From Rhizaria sp. SCN 62-66 (lineage: Eukaryota), in contig MEDY01000197.1 of assembly GCA_001724265.1 (NCBI GenBank), positions 1 to 64,000 on the forward strand: a stretch of DNA of 64,000 nt, read 5' to 3'. The translations under genes and the position numbers were made by a program. The notes under the pieces are model-generated. The model was not told where the DNA came from, ran no database searches, and was given only the letters and a program-made list of their open reading frames with translations. The stretch's first letter is position 1. Every line of letters begins with the position of its first letter. Positions 1 to 12,600 of this stretch are shown here, piece by piece.

Positions 1-289
1 GGGGGGGTCAGGGGCAGCAACACCGATTGGTGATATTGATGCTGTACGTCGTACGTGCTGTTTGTGGTGGTGATTCAAGAAGGGTATTTAGCGACACAAC
101 ATATCACAGTCATTACGTGCGTCGCACAGGAGTGTTACGTTTGACATCCATGCGCTGCACACCGTATGCCCTGGAGGAAGAAGAGAGCATACCGACTGAA
201 CCAAACTGGCGCTAGAGATCTTTACAAGAAGGGAAGAGTTAAATAACTCTCACGATGCTGATTATAAAACGCTTTTAGGCAGGGATTTC

Positions 290-2205
290 TTAAGCAGTAA
301 CAGCAACCGAGGTAGAGTTATAGATGCAGGCATTACGTGCAATGCGGAAATTGCCGTTCTCGCCCCTGTAAAACGCATACATATCCATAAAACAAACAAT
401 ACATACAAAATAAAGCGAATGAGCGTCGTGCGAGTCAAAAAACACTATCCAAGAACAAGCGTGACGAACGATGTCGAAGAAGAGAGAATACATGAAGAGG
501 ACAAAATATTTAAATAATAAGATCTTTACATTATAACACAACCTAATTGTCAATAATCGCATAAGATCGAAGGAGAGAGATTTATACAGGCGATTCAGGA
601 TTTGACCCCCCCAAAAACGTACCAGCCGGAGCCCCACGAGTTGCGGATCAGGAAGTAGTCGAGCTTCCACATGCGGGGCATGTCAGCCTCCTTGACAGCC
701 TTGAACTGCTCGCGGCCAGTCTGGCGGTCGATCAGCGCGCTGCTGTAGCCAACAAGCGTGACGGCGTGGTTGGGGTAAGGAGAGCAGCTGGTGACGATGC
801 CGGACTGGTAGAACTGCAGAGAGCCCTCAGCATGAAGACCGACGACAAGGGGGGAGCGGGCGACGGCAGCCATGTGAGCGATCTCAGTGCGGGGGATCTG
901 CTCGACGGTGCGGATGCGGACGTCAGAGCGCTCGACGCCACTGTTGCAAGGCTGCTGGTAGCCCTGTGAGAGTGCGGAAAGAGGATGAACAATGAGGATA
1001 ATTTGGACAAACTTAGACACAATTTTCAACATAAACGTCTAAAACGTTGTTTTAACACACATAAACGTGAAATTATTGAACGTGATGCACAGTCGTTGCT
1101 GATGCTCCAAAAAGGGGCAACTTGAAAAGATTTGTTCAGGAAACGTACCGCATACTTGTACTTGGACTCGAGACTGATACCGTTGGCCTTGACGTAGCGG
1201 GCGGCATCAACAAAGTAACCACCGTTGCAGGACGAGGTGCGGCTAGTGCAGTCAAGAAGCTCCTGCTCCGAGACGTCAAGAGGGGTGGTAAGCTTGTTGG
1301 CGATGGCGTGGGTACTCTCGATCATGGAGGCGGCACTAAAGCTCCAGCACGAGCCGCACTGGCCCTGGGAACGGATGCGCCACTTGCTGCCGAAGTGCTT
1401 CGACCAGTCGACGGACTGGGGGAGGTCCTCAAGGTTGAGCTGGGCCTCGGCGAGGTTGCTGGTGTCGCCGGCGACCTCGGTCTCAGCATCGGCGTCAAGG
1501 AGGGAGCCCTTGACATCGGTCTTGAAACCGAGCATCTTCTTGAACTCGGCCGGGGTGAGGTCGGTGAGCTCGTTGACGGCCATGGTGAAAGTCTCCTTCT
1601 TGCTGTTGTGGAGGGTGATCTTCTCGAGGTTGGCCTTGAAGCTATAGATAGCGCGAAAGGTTCATTGGTGGAAGAGAGAGAGAATAGAAAGGAGTGAGTA
1701 CATTGATGACTACGGTGACAAATTAAGTGTTCATAGTCTAGTTTAAAGTTATGTTGCATAAAACACAAACACATATCGTGGATGAGCATGTGTGTAGACT
1801 TAAAAGAGCAAACCATGCCATATTTGAATCAAAATGGCGTCGTCAAAAATTTGGAGAAACGTACGTGGCGAGCTTAGCGGGGATGGAGCTCGCGGAGTAG
1901 GCCTTCTTGAACTTGGTGATAAAGTTCTTGAAGACTAAGGAAAGGAACCGAAAGCAATGTGGCGTATTCAATGAATGTGAGTGTTAGATTTGCGTGTATA
2001 AGCGAGATCTAATGTCAAAACTGACACTTTTGGGAGCGATCGAAAGTGGCCGGGAGCGAAAGGGAGTTCAGTGGACAAGATATCAAGTCAGTTTAGGGAC
2101 AAAAGCAGACGTACGGGCGGCATACTGCGCAACGGTAAAGACACCGGCCTGCGCCGTGCAGATGTAGCAGAGAACCGCCACGAGAATGACCTTGGTGGAG
2201 AGCAT
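290..2205 (-). CDS. Papain-family (C1A) cysteine protease, cathepsin L-like, with signal peptide and I29-type prodomain; about 356 aa
   Basis: Five exons: 2205-2115, 1934-1865, 1641-1149, 963-623, 365-290. All introns are GTACGT...AG and phases are consistent. Motifs: signal peptide MLSTKVILVAVLC, prodomain FKANLEKITLHN and MAVNELTDLT, catalytic QGQCGSCWSFS, NHAV and IRNSWGSGWGENG. Stop TAA. Confidence 0.95.
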
Positions 2206-3915
2206 TCCGGCACACACTGAGGGCGGGGAAAGTGTCGGACGATGGTCAAAAAAGAAAACAGAGTCGGTGAGACACAAAAAAGAAGTTTGTTGAGAAGAGC
2301 ATCGTATTGTCTAAATATAAAGACCGCAACACGCTTATAAATTTGAGGATATATGCATTTTAGAAAAGATACAGAGGGGAATCTTCATCGGAAAAACATC
2401 GTTAGCGAGGATTGCCTCGACCTCCTTTTGCCGAGCCGCGAAGTGACATTTTGCTTCACAGCACCCCTGCAACCGGAAGGCCACAAATGCTGAGCAGAGC
2501 TCAAGAGGTGATCTATGCACTGCGTACATGAAAATCCAACAATATCGTCTTCATGAATCTCACTAAGTCTTTTTGGCTCAACCCCCAACCCGACATCAAT
2601 CTCTTGGTCACTTTTCGCTCTGGACCGGCTTAAGTTTTTTTTTTTACTTTAACGGGCCAAGCAACCCACAGTCGCAAAGTAAAAAACATGATAACCTTAC
2701 GGACTCAAAACCTTTGTGTAATGGACACAAAATGCTTTATTTTCTGCTTAGATCAAAATGTCGCGACATTAATTTTGCAAAATCAAGTCTTAGTTCGGCA
2801 TTTACACCTATCTCTGGTGTTTTATCGCTTCAAGCGTGGAGCCTGTCCACTCCTCGTGAGCGCGTGCAAAGCGCGTGCTCACAACGTTTTGGAGGTCAAG
2901 ATCACGTTTTTAAATCATTTTGACTCATTTATTACTACGGCAGTGTTAAACAGAGTCGATACCACGTTATTATTTGGTTAGTTTTTCACCATTGTCTCTG
3001 TTCACTATGTTGATTTTGTTTGGAGGTTCGTTGCAAGCGCGTCGCCTCGAACTCCCACATCCAAGTGTATTTGAAGATATTTCGTTCGTATTTCACTTAT
3101 ATATCATAGTAATAAACGTCATATAAGCGCAACCTGCATACAATTTGCGAAAACCGAAGCTTTTGGGTGAGAATACACTGATATTTCTAGCTTACTTCGT
3201 GAGTGGCAAAGATGCTTTAAGATTGAAATGTCCGTTTGATTGCGGATTTATGACAAATTCCTCTGTTTTCTCTTTAGAACTTAATACGCATATCCATGGT
3301 CAGATGAGTTTGAGAAGAAAAACCGCTTGACAAAAGCATCTTCAGATTCGCGATCTCCGCTGCGCTTTAAGCATCGTCTACAGCATCGTGCGCCAACTTA
3401 ACGTCTGCTAGAGTACTGTCAAGCATCGCAAACGTCCGAATTAGCAAGTGGTAGAACGCTGTCCTGTGCGGGGCTCATGTGAAAGTACATCATTTCTGAC
3501 GAGCGCCTGGAACAGTTTGCTGCCGTCAAACAACCAAACCCGCGACGGTTATCCGCTCGACTCCACGAGCGTCGTGTTTTCATCTTCTTGCTGCCGGTGT
3601 CGAGGCGGCGACTCTGCAGGTCAATGTAGCGCCCGCAATTGGCGACTGGCCGGTCACAAAGATCAGCGACTATAGTGGCACGGTCGCGGTCTGATGGGGC
3701 ATCTGGAAAGACGCGGCGGATCATCCCCGTGATTTACGAGGGGAACCTCAATAAATGATGTTGTTCGTGTAAACCATAAGCTTTGTATTTAATGGACAAA
3801 CGTTCAAAAGTTACTGCTTTTGTTTTATTGTCCCATGGCGACACGACGTCGTCCAATATTAATGTTAAATTTTTTAACCATAGAGGCAAGTGAAGTGCAC
3901 TAACAGCGTGAGCTT

Positions 3916-6900
3916 TTATGCACCAGCCGCTGCTGGGGCGGCCGCAGCCGCCGCATAGTCCGCCGGCGTTAGCGCCACGTTCGCGCTGTCATCGTACAGC
4001 GTCGCGGCGTCACACTCGCGCACCATGCGATGACACAGATCAGGGTTATACCCTTCAGCATCAGGCGAACAGATCTCTGCGCACTCAAACGTGCAGCACC
4101 CATGCATCAGGTTCACGCGGTGCCCGTCCGCGGCGACAGCGTCAGGCGCGCCGTCGACAGTGGGACTGCGGCGACGGCGCGCGCGCTCACCACGGTGCTC
4201 GCGCGCGTTGCGGCGAGCCTCAGCCCAGGGACGGCGCGACGGGGAGTCGCGCGACCGCGCTGATGCAGCAGCAGTAGCGGCGGCGCCGTCAATGTTGGTC
4301 ATTGAAGCACTTGATGACGCAGTGCTTGGAGCTGCCGCTGCCATGTCATCGCTTCCGCGAACTGCAGAATAGCGCACTGCATGGGCAGCGTTGTCAGCGG
4401 TCATAGTTGCGTAGCCACGGCGCCGTGCGGGGATTGTGATCACAGGGATGTTGCTGTTGCGAGACTCAGTTCTACGAGCAGACCGGCTTGCAGTCACAGC
4501 GCTATCCCTCACAGCACCAGACTCTGCTGGAGTGTGGGCGTTAGCCGCATTGCCAGCGAGCGGCGAGGCGGCGAATTCACGTGGCGGAATCTCAGTGCTC
4601 CAGCTGTGGTTACGGCCCCACGCGCCCAGGCGACGGCGAAAGCGCGCGATTGCAGACGCAGAGTCACGCGCTGGCCCAGCAACAGTCAGCCTTGGGCCAT
4701 CACCCACCCGCGGGCACCGTGACTCCGCTTCTGCATCAGTAACAGGGCTAGCGCGAGGACCAGTGCTGGTTTCAGTGCTAGGGCGTGCGATGCCGAGACC
4801 GGGAGGCAGTGGTGACGCGGCCAGAAGATCAGAGAGCGCTGTCACAACAGCGTCCTCATCAGTTTCTTTTACTTCGCGCCACGTGTTGCGCGTGCGAACG
4901 CGGCGGTTGCGTCGTGCGCGTTCGTGCTTGCGACCGCGGCGCTTACATGCACCAGCATTTGCGCCACCGTTGTCACCGGTATCTGTAACAGCAGCCGTGT
5001 CAGGACAGTCAGCGTTGATAGTGACTGGGGCGCGGGCAGCAAGTTCAGTGAACACGTCGTCAATCTCAGCTCGATTAATGTACGTGCTGCCAGCGGTGCG
5101 GTCCTTGTTCTTCTCAGGCTCAGCGTCGCCGTGATTAGCGCGGATGTGGCCGCCGTAGATAGCGCGATTTTCGCCGGTGATACGGCCAACAGGGCCAATG
5201 CCATCGTGGATCGGGTGATACCGCAGTGTTGTGAATCGACGGCTGCGGCTGTAACGCCTGGAGCCCGCATCACTGTTTGCAGCAGCAACACCAGCGGCGC
5301 GTACACAGTTAGCGTTAGATCGATCACGAGCAACCTCGCAGTTGCTCATCATGTTCACCGAGCCAACTGCACTAGCACGGGCACCATACGCATTGTAGCT
5401 GTTACGATTGCTTGTGTCTCGACTATCGACCGCCGGAAGTGCAACGCCGGGGCTGCCAATATCGCGTTCATTTGGCTTATTACGATCGCAAACACGTCCT
5501 CTGCCACCGCACCTTTCACGGCGGTAGTCACTGTAGTCGCGGCGCCGTGGAATCTCACGTTCACCGCCCTCAGCAGAGTCAAAGAATATAAGTGTCGGGG
5601 CACCGTTGCCTGAGGCACGACTGCTAGCCACGCTGCGATCACTGGGCGTGCATGGACTGAGCTCTGTGCGCTCCATGACGCTTGAGACGACATCCGGCTT
5701 TGCGCGCCCAGTCGGATCAAACACTGCTGTGCTCGCAGGCGCGTGATCACGCACGACCAACGTTGTGATAGTCGGCTGCACTGCTGTACCGCCAGTCTCG
5801 GTCGCAGGCGGGGGGACGGCCGTTGTGTCGCTTTCGCCGTGGCCGCTGCGGTGAATCCCAGAGGGCGCTGCAGCGAGGCGCGGGGCCAGTCCGGCTCGCG
5901 CATCAGCAGCGGCACGGTTGCCGGCAGTGTCCAGCGCCGGCACAAACGAAGCTGAAGTGACCGTGCGCGGCGGCTCAGGCACAGGCGGCGCAATGCCGCT
6001 CGCGTCTGTCAGCACAGGAGGGCTCTCTACGACGGGCGTAGGCTTGATACAGCGCCTTGGATGGCGCCTGCATAGCCGCTCTAACCGCTGACGAAAGATT
6101 GGGTTGTTTGCGGACGTGTACACACGGGCTGCATCGCCTGAGGAAGTTAAGGTGCCCCGAGAAGGTAAGCCGCTGCCGGGCCTCATGCCAGGGGGAACAA
6201 CGGCGTCAGGCACGTCCGGCGCTGTCATAAGTAGCGAAACATCCGCTGCAGGAACTGGAGGTGCCCTCATCAACGCCATCGTCGTCCCACGGCGATCGTT
6301 CGAGTCGCGCTCATCGTCGCTGTCGCTGTTGCGGCGCGCTCGTGCTTCGTCGATTTCACGGCGGGAAGCGGGGCCCGGCGGTGAGCGAGAGTATGGATAC
6401 AGCGAGCCACCAGGATAAGGATACGGCTCGCGGTAGCGAACACCGCCGTCGCGGTCAGCGCGGGCGTTGCGACCGCCGTAGCCGCTGAGCTCGCGGTTGT
6501 TATCAACGTACTCGTGGTTACCGGAGCGGATGCAGTTTGCGCGGTTGCGGCTGCGGTACGGGTCACGGGTGTTGCTATTGCCACCGTAGTCGTTGCGACA
6601 GCCCCACAGCGGCTGCATCAGCGCGTTGTACGGCGCGGCGGGGTGGCGACGCGGCGCGGGGAGCTCAGTGTACGGGTCGCGCTCAATGTAGTCAAAGTAA
6701 ACAGAACGGATATCTAGAAGAACAATAAATGAAGATCAAAACACACATGTGCTGGGTGAGTAAAAACAACAAGCGCGCTCGATTAGCCCATTTTGCGATT
6801 TGTTATGGAGTTAGCGTACCTGCTACGTTAGGATTCATGGTGTACGGCGGCTCACTGTCTTCGTTTGCGGCTAAAGTAGCGGACATGACAGCGCGCCTCG

Positions 6901-8671
6901 GCCGCCACTAACCGTCAACAACCTCGCCTCGCTCGCGTCCGCGGCTGCGGCTGCGAGCGCGCGCGTAACTGTCATCGGGCACGTTAGCAGCAAACGAGTC
7001 CGGGTCAGGCAGCCGGCGAATGCGGCGGCCGCTGCGTCGCTCCAGTGCGCGCTCGCGTTCGCGACCAGAATCCCTAACTTGGCGAGCGCGCGTGCGCTCA
7101 GGGATCTCTAGCGGCATTGCAACTCCACCACTGTTGGTATGGACTGGGTGCAAGCGGCGCATGTCGCGTCCCCAGCTAAACACGCGGTCACCAGCGTTGC
7201 TTGCGGTGTGGCCAACGACCACGGTCGGCTCAGGCGAGCCATCGGTGACCTTCTCAAAGGCGTTACGCGTTGCATCAGCAGCGTCACGCGCTGCGTGGCG
7301 AACTCGCGCCGCAGCGTCACTGGCAAAATGGCGAACACGCGCTGCTGCGTTGGAGAAGAAGTCCCGCGTCGACTCGGCCGCCTCACCCGCAACTTCGCGA
7401 GTGCGCGTGGCAGCGTTACCTGCGGCCTCACGTGTACGTGTTGCAGCGTCTGACGCAAAGTCACGTGTGCGCTCTGCAGCGTCGCTGGCGACTTCACGAG
7501 TGCGCGTTGCAGCGTCAACAGCGAAGTCACGCGTATGCTCGGCAACATTACTCGCAACATCGCGGGTGCGCGCGGCTGCGTCTTCCACAAACTCGCGTGT
7601 GTGCTCAACAGCACTAGACGCGGCATCCCGCGTGCGAGCGCCAGCGTCCTCAGCCAAGTCACGAGTGCGCGCGCCCGCGTCGGCCACAGCGTCGCGCGCG
7701 TGGGCCGCAGCGTCGCTAGCCGTTTCACCTACACGGTGCGCAGCGTCCGCGGTTGAGTCGCGCGCGCGGGCAGCTGAGTCAGCAACTGCGTCGCGCGTGT
7801 GCGTCGCTGCATCGCCGACAGCGTGGCGCGCGCGGTCTGCGGCGTCTGTGGCGTAGTCACCCGTTGCAGCGGCAGCGTCACGCGCGCGGTCCGCAGCAGT
7901 GCGCGCAGCTTCACGCGTTCGGTCTGCGGCGTCAACAGCGAAGTCACGCGTGTTTGTGGCCGCTGAGTCAAGCGCGTCGCCCGTACGCTCAGCAGCACGG
8001 CGGGCAAAGTCGCGCGTATCAGCTGCCGCGTCTGAAACAGCGCTGCCGGTGCGCTAGAAAACGCGACGGCCAATGCCGCGTGTGTCGGCCGCCGCACTCG
8101 TAACACCGGCTTCGATGCGATCGTCGGCGCGCCGGACAAAGTCGCGTGTGTCCGCGGCGGCATTGCGGGCGGCGTCACTAGCGCGGGACTCGGCGCCAAA
8201 GATGGAATTGCGCGCGCGGGTATACGCATTGGCGCCAACTTCGCGAGTGCGATCAGCCGCGTCAATTGCGGTGTCGCGAGTGTGGGCAACGGCGTCAGAG
8301 CCAAAATGACGCGCGCGCGCTGCAGCCTCCGCTGCCAAGTTGCGCGAATGAGAGTACGCGTCCGAGGCCGCATGGCGCGTGTCTTCCGCGGCGCGGTCGG
8401 TTGCACGGGCAAGGCGGCGCGCGCGGGCTGCGACAGACTCCCGAGCGCGCTCCCACCACGAGCGGTGCTCTCGCTCGGTGGCTTCGGCAGTCGCAGGTAC
8501 TGCAGGAGGCGCGGAGAGCGCCGTGACGTGGTGAGTGTTAGTTGGCCAGGTCCACGGGGGTCCGATTACGGCAGAGACATAGATCGCTGCGAGGGTTAGA
8601 AGGAGAAGTTGCGTTAGGATGCGGCGGGTGAGAGTCCGCCGACTTGAAGTGAGCCAGTCAGTTCGACCCAT
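3916..8671 (-). CDS. Signal-anchored or secreted protein with about 30-35 11-aa amphipathic repeats (LEA group 3/perilipin-like), a long disordered region and a Cys-rich C-terminus; about 1549 aa if two in-frame TAG are read as sense
   Basis: Exons 8671-6820 and 6713-3916; intron 6819-6714 is GTACGC...TTCTAG, phase 1, and joins in frame. This unites the track ORFs 8054..8863, 6908..7687 and 3916..6618. In-frame TAG at 8054-8056 and 6908-6910. Hydrophobic N-terminal segment ILTQLLLLTLAAIYVSAVIG. Stop TAA. Confidence 0.75.
7250..8410 (-). repeat. Degenerate 33-bp coding tandem repeat (11-aa unit resembling DAAARTRDFAS)
   Basis: Translated units include DAAERTRDFAS, DAATRTREAAG, NAAARVRHFAS and DAAADTRDFAR. 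The repeat register continues across the TAG at 8054-8056. Confidence 0.85.
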
Positions 8672-9657
8672 AGCTCTCTGAGTGAACACGAAGAAGAGTG
8701 AAAGACCTAAAGGAATGAGCGTCGATTTTATGAATTTAAATGTTAAAAGTGAGGCTGTGAAGCAAATATAACGATTCACTACTGCCTTTTGACTTGTGTT
8801 CAGTTCGACCGTCGGACGACTGACAACCCGTGTTGCAACTTGAAAAAAATTAATACCGTACATGTACTACCAAACACTACAAGCAAGGGATGTTGACATT
8901 TTGTAATAAAAAAACACGATAAAAATAATATTGTGAAATAGTATGAAATACAAAATATTTTATTTTTACATGCATTCTGCTTCAGGAACACGTAGGGGTG
9001 TACTTTAAACTAGTCTTCGCAACTGAAAAGACCTGGAGACCTGTTGTCAAAGCATGAGGAGGGATAGCGAAGGATAGATCATACCTCATTGTATTGCACA
9101 CGACGTGCTACAAAGAAAGACAACTACTAATTAAGCAAAAGAATGGCGTCAGAGACTCTCGGAGGAGGTCTGAGAGTTGCCATACATGGTCACAATCACA
9201 GGATCTGTCAGACAAACGACTTGACAAAAATTAACACAGAAACATATCAAAGTGAATTCAGAGCATTGTAGCGTACTTACTGCAGAGATTTCGGAAGAAT
9301 AGTTCATTAACCACCGCGTCGCTGCTGCTTGCACAGTGGTGTGAAGACTCAGTTGTCCAACAAATTAGAGCAATGAGTTCATCACCACTCAAGAAAAAGG
9401 CAAAGGCAGACGACACTCAATCATGATAGGCATAAATATAATCAACATACTTTTAATCAAAACAATTGCAAAAGACTAATAGTCGCCTCAAAAAAGGTAA
9501 AGGCGTATCTTTAAAAAGTAGAATGCATCTCTTATTCGTTGATTTACGCTCGACGTTCGTGTTGTTTCACGATCCGTGCAAGATAGTTTAAAAATGATCA
9601 AAATAGCATCAAAATAAAACAAACAGTCGACAAAAAATATATCGGCTTATCAAAGTT

Positions 9658-12600
9658 TTAGACAATCACACAACCACCACCGCCATTGCTACGAGCAGTT
9701 TCTTCGCCGTCCTCGTCATCATAATCATCATCTTCGTCATCTTCGTCATCCTCGTCCTCATCCTCGTCGTCGTAATCGTAGTCGACGGGCTCAAAGCGAG
9801 GCCCACTGCCGCCACCACCGATAGCGCCTACACCAGCTTCAGCGCCACATTTCTCATCACCCACCGCATCCTCTGCAGGACGTGAACTGCGGCGACGCGA
9901 GCGCTTCATGCGCCGCGGTTTACTGCCGCTGCCACCACGGCCAAAGCAGCCCACGTAATTGCTCCGGCGCTTCCCGTCGCGATCATCATCATCGCTGTCG
10001 CTGTCTCCTACTGCACCGGCACGACAGCATCCGCCACCGCTGTGATGTTCATCCGCATAGTAATCACGTGCCATCACAACTAATGGCGCAGTCGCGGCTG
10101 CAACAGCCCCGGGCCGTGTGCGCGTATGATGCGAAGCGCGCATCGTGGCAAGGAACGCGAGCGCGAGCGGCAGCGCTGACGCCACAGCAAGCGCGGGCGC
10201 GTGCGTGCCAGCGGAGACCGTAAGGCAGCCGAGATCACGCACGAAACGCACGCGTTTGCCGCTCTGCCGAGCGGCGAGCGCGGTGGCGTATTGCTGGTGT
10301 TGCAGAGCGAGAGGCGACTGCAAAGGACCGGCAAGGGCGCCATTCGGCGCAGCACCAGCAAGAGCGCTGGCAGAGCCGCGGTTCATTGGCGAAAGCGGCA
10401 TCAATGACAGCGTCGGGGACACACCGGCGCCCGCAATAGATCCGTCGTGCGTTGGACTGGCGTCAGGCCCGTTGGATTGATGAAGGCCCAGCAGTCCTTG
10501 CCCGGACCGTTGGGTCGGTAGCGGTGACGGCGGCGGCTGCAGCTTGTTCTGCTGCTGGTGTTGTTGCTGCTGCAGTTGTTGTTGCTGAACGGCGTAGAGA
10601 CCCTTCGCGGGCGACATCACCGTCACAGTCGAGTGCTTGATGATTGAGCCTCCTCTGTGAGCGCGGAGAATGCCTGCCAGCTCAGGCGAGATTGGCGAGC
10701 CCGGAACACCGGCAGGGTGAGACGCAGCCCAGTTTGCGTTGATGAGCGCAGCCGGCACGCGCGCAGGCGTTGTGGAACCAGTGCTACCGCTGAGTCCAGA
10801 GTTACCATTGTTGTTGTTGTTGCTACTGCTAGGAGAAGTCGGTGCAATTCCACGTGGTCGCACGTACGGCGTGACTGCACGCTGCAGTTGCGGCGCAGGG
10901 TTATTCACAATGAACGAACCAGGGGCCTGTGCGGCATAGAACTGATGGTGTGGCGACTGCGGCTGCTGCGGTGCACTGGCGGGACCCAAGATGGGTGACG
11001 GCGGCACCGCAGTGAACGAGATATGTGACGACAGCGGCTGCGTCGGCTGCGGGACATGAGGTGCAGCGGCATTGTGCGGCTGTGCTGACTGCGATTGCGA
11101 GGACGGCGCAAGTGGCGGTAGACCTGACGAGGCCTGCCCTCCCGGACTTTTGGCAGTGCCGGTGGCCGGGCCAGGCACCGCGAGTGCGAGCGAATACGTG
11201 TGCGGCGGCAGTGGCTGCGCAAGGTTCACAGCTGGAACGGGTTGATCTGACTGTGGCGCAGTGCGGCGAGTCGCGATGGGCTCAGACATCTCAGTCGCAA
11301 TCGGGTCAGCGACAACATCAGCTACAGCCACATCAGCAGCAGCAGTGGCTGCGGCTATGGGTGCAGCAGAGTTCTCTGCGTCATTCAACAACTCGATAGC
11401 GCTGGGGTACGAAGCACGTGCCAGCATGTATTCTGCCATAATGTCGCTGATACGCGGCTTAACTTCCGCGGCGCGAACATCCGTTGCGCAAAATGCGTCA
11501 GTGGTAACAACTGCATCAAGGGAGTTCTGCGCCGTTGCAGCAGTCGGTTCAGGCTCAGCGGCAGAGACAGTTTGGTCAGGCTGCGTCGCTGCAACTGGAA
11601 GAGGCGCGACTGTTGCTGTGCGACCACCGGAGACTGCGAGGCCTTGTTGTTGTCTCTGTGAAGCAAGATCACGCGCATACTCGTCCTGGATTTGACTCAA
11701 AGTCAAGCCGCCAGCCATCGCGAACCGGCCGCGCGCACTGCCATCCGCCTCTGCAGCAGTCGAATCGTGTGTGGGCATCGGCGGCAACGGTGGCGGCGGC
11801 AGAGGGTTAGTTCCCAAACTCACAGCACTGCTGTCTTGATCGTTATAATGATCAACGTGTGACTGAGGGCTGGCGGCAGCAATGGGACTCATGGTCAGCG
11901 GCGCAAAGGGCGGCTCTGACGAGGCCTCAACTCTCAGCACCGGCGCACGCAGCCGCGCCGCCGCCGCAGGCACCGGTGCCGCCACAGGGTGGTACAACGG
12001 ATCCGGCATCGCGACAATCGCGGGAACAGTCGCGTGCAGCGGCGGCGCAGCGTTGATGGCATCAGTGATCGAGGTAGAGTCGTCGCAGTCGTCGTCGCCC
12101 TCGCACATCACAGGCGCTGGTGCGACGACAACAGTGGTGGAGTGCGAGTGCGGCGAACCTGTTGCGGCAACAGAAGAAGCAACGGCGGCGCTCAGAACCA
12201 GTATCAAGCGCAAAGCGCGCGCGCGCCGGTGGTGCCTGCGCGCCTCGCTCGCAGCAGTAGCGGCAGCAGCAGCGGCATCGAGGGCGGCGGCAGCGAACAC
12301 AATATTTGCCTCATTCTCGACCTCTGCGGCGCGCGCAGCGGCTGTGAACGGGGCGAGCTCTGCCGGGACACCTGTCGCAGTCGCAGCGGGGCTCGCAGCA
12401 GCGCGCTGTTTGCTACTGGCAGTCGCGCGTGTCGCCTCTAGGCCGTGGTTGCGCGCCTGTGAGGGGCGCGGGTGACGGGAACCGCGACCCGTGAGAGGCT
12501 GTAGAGGAGCAGCGTTCGAAGCAGCACCAGCAACTGCAGGGACAGTTGTCGTTAAGGGGGCCTGCGAAGACTGAGGCGCAACTCCTGCAGCAACAGTAGC

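Noticed and set aside
1-280. Possible terminal exon(s) of a plus-strand gene; one reading has a TAG at 213-215 followed by TAA at 239-241
   Set aside because: Truncated by the window edge with no recognisable protein, so the frame and splice sites cannot be fixed. Not counted in the stop-codon census.
2300-3900. Moderately GC-rich patch (about 3300-3760) with short ORFs on both strands
   Set aside because: No frame gives a recognisable product, even allowing TAG as sense. It could be a decayed gene fragment but this is unsupported.
7250-8410. 33-bp periodicity as a CRISPR array or mobile-element repeat
   Set aside because: The units are degenerate at the DNA level, conserved at the protein level, lack spacers and lie within a eukaryotic ORF.
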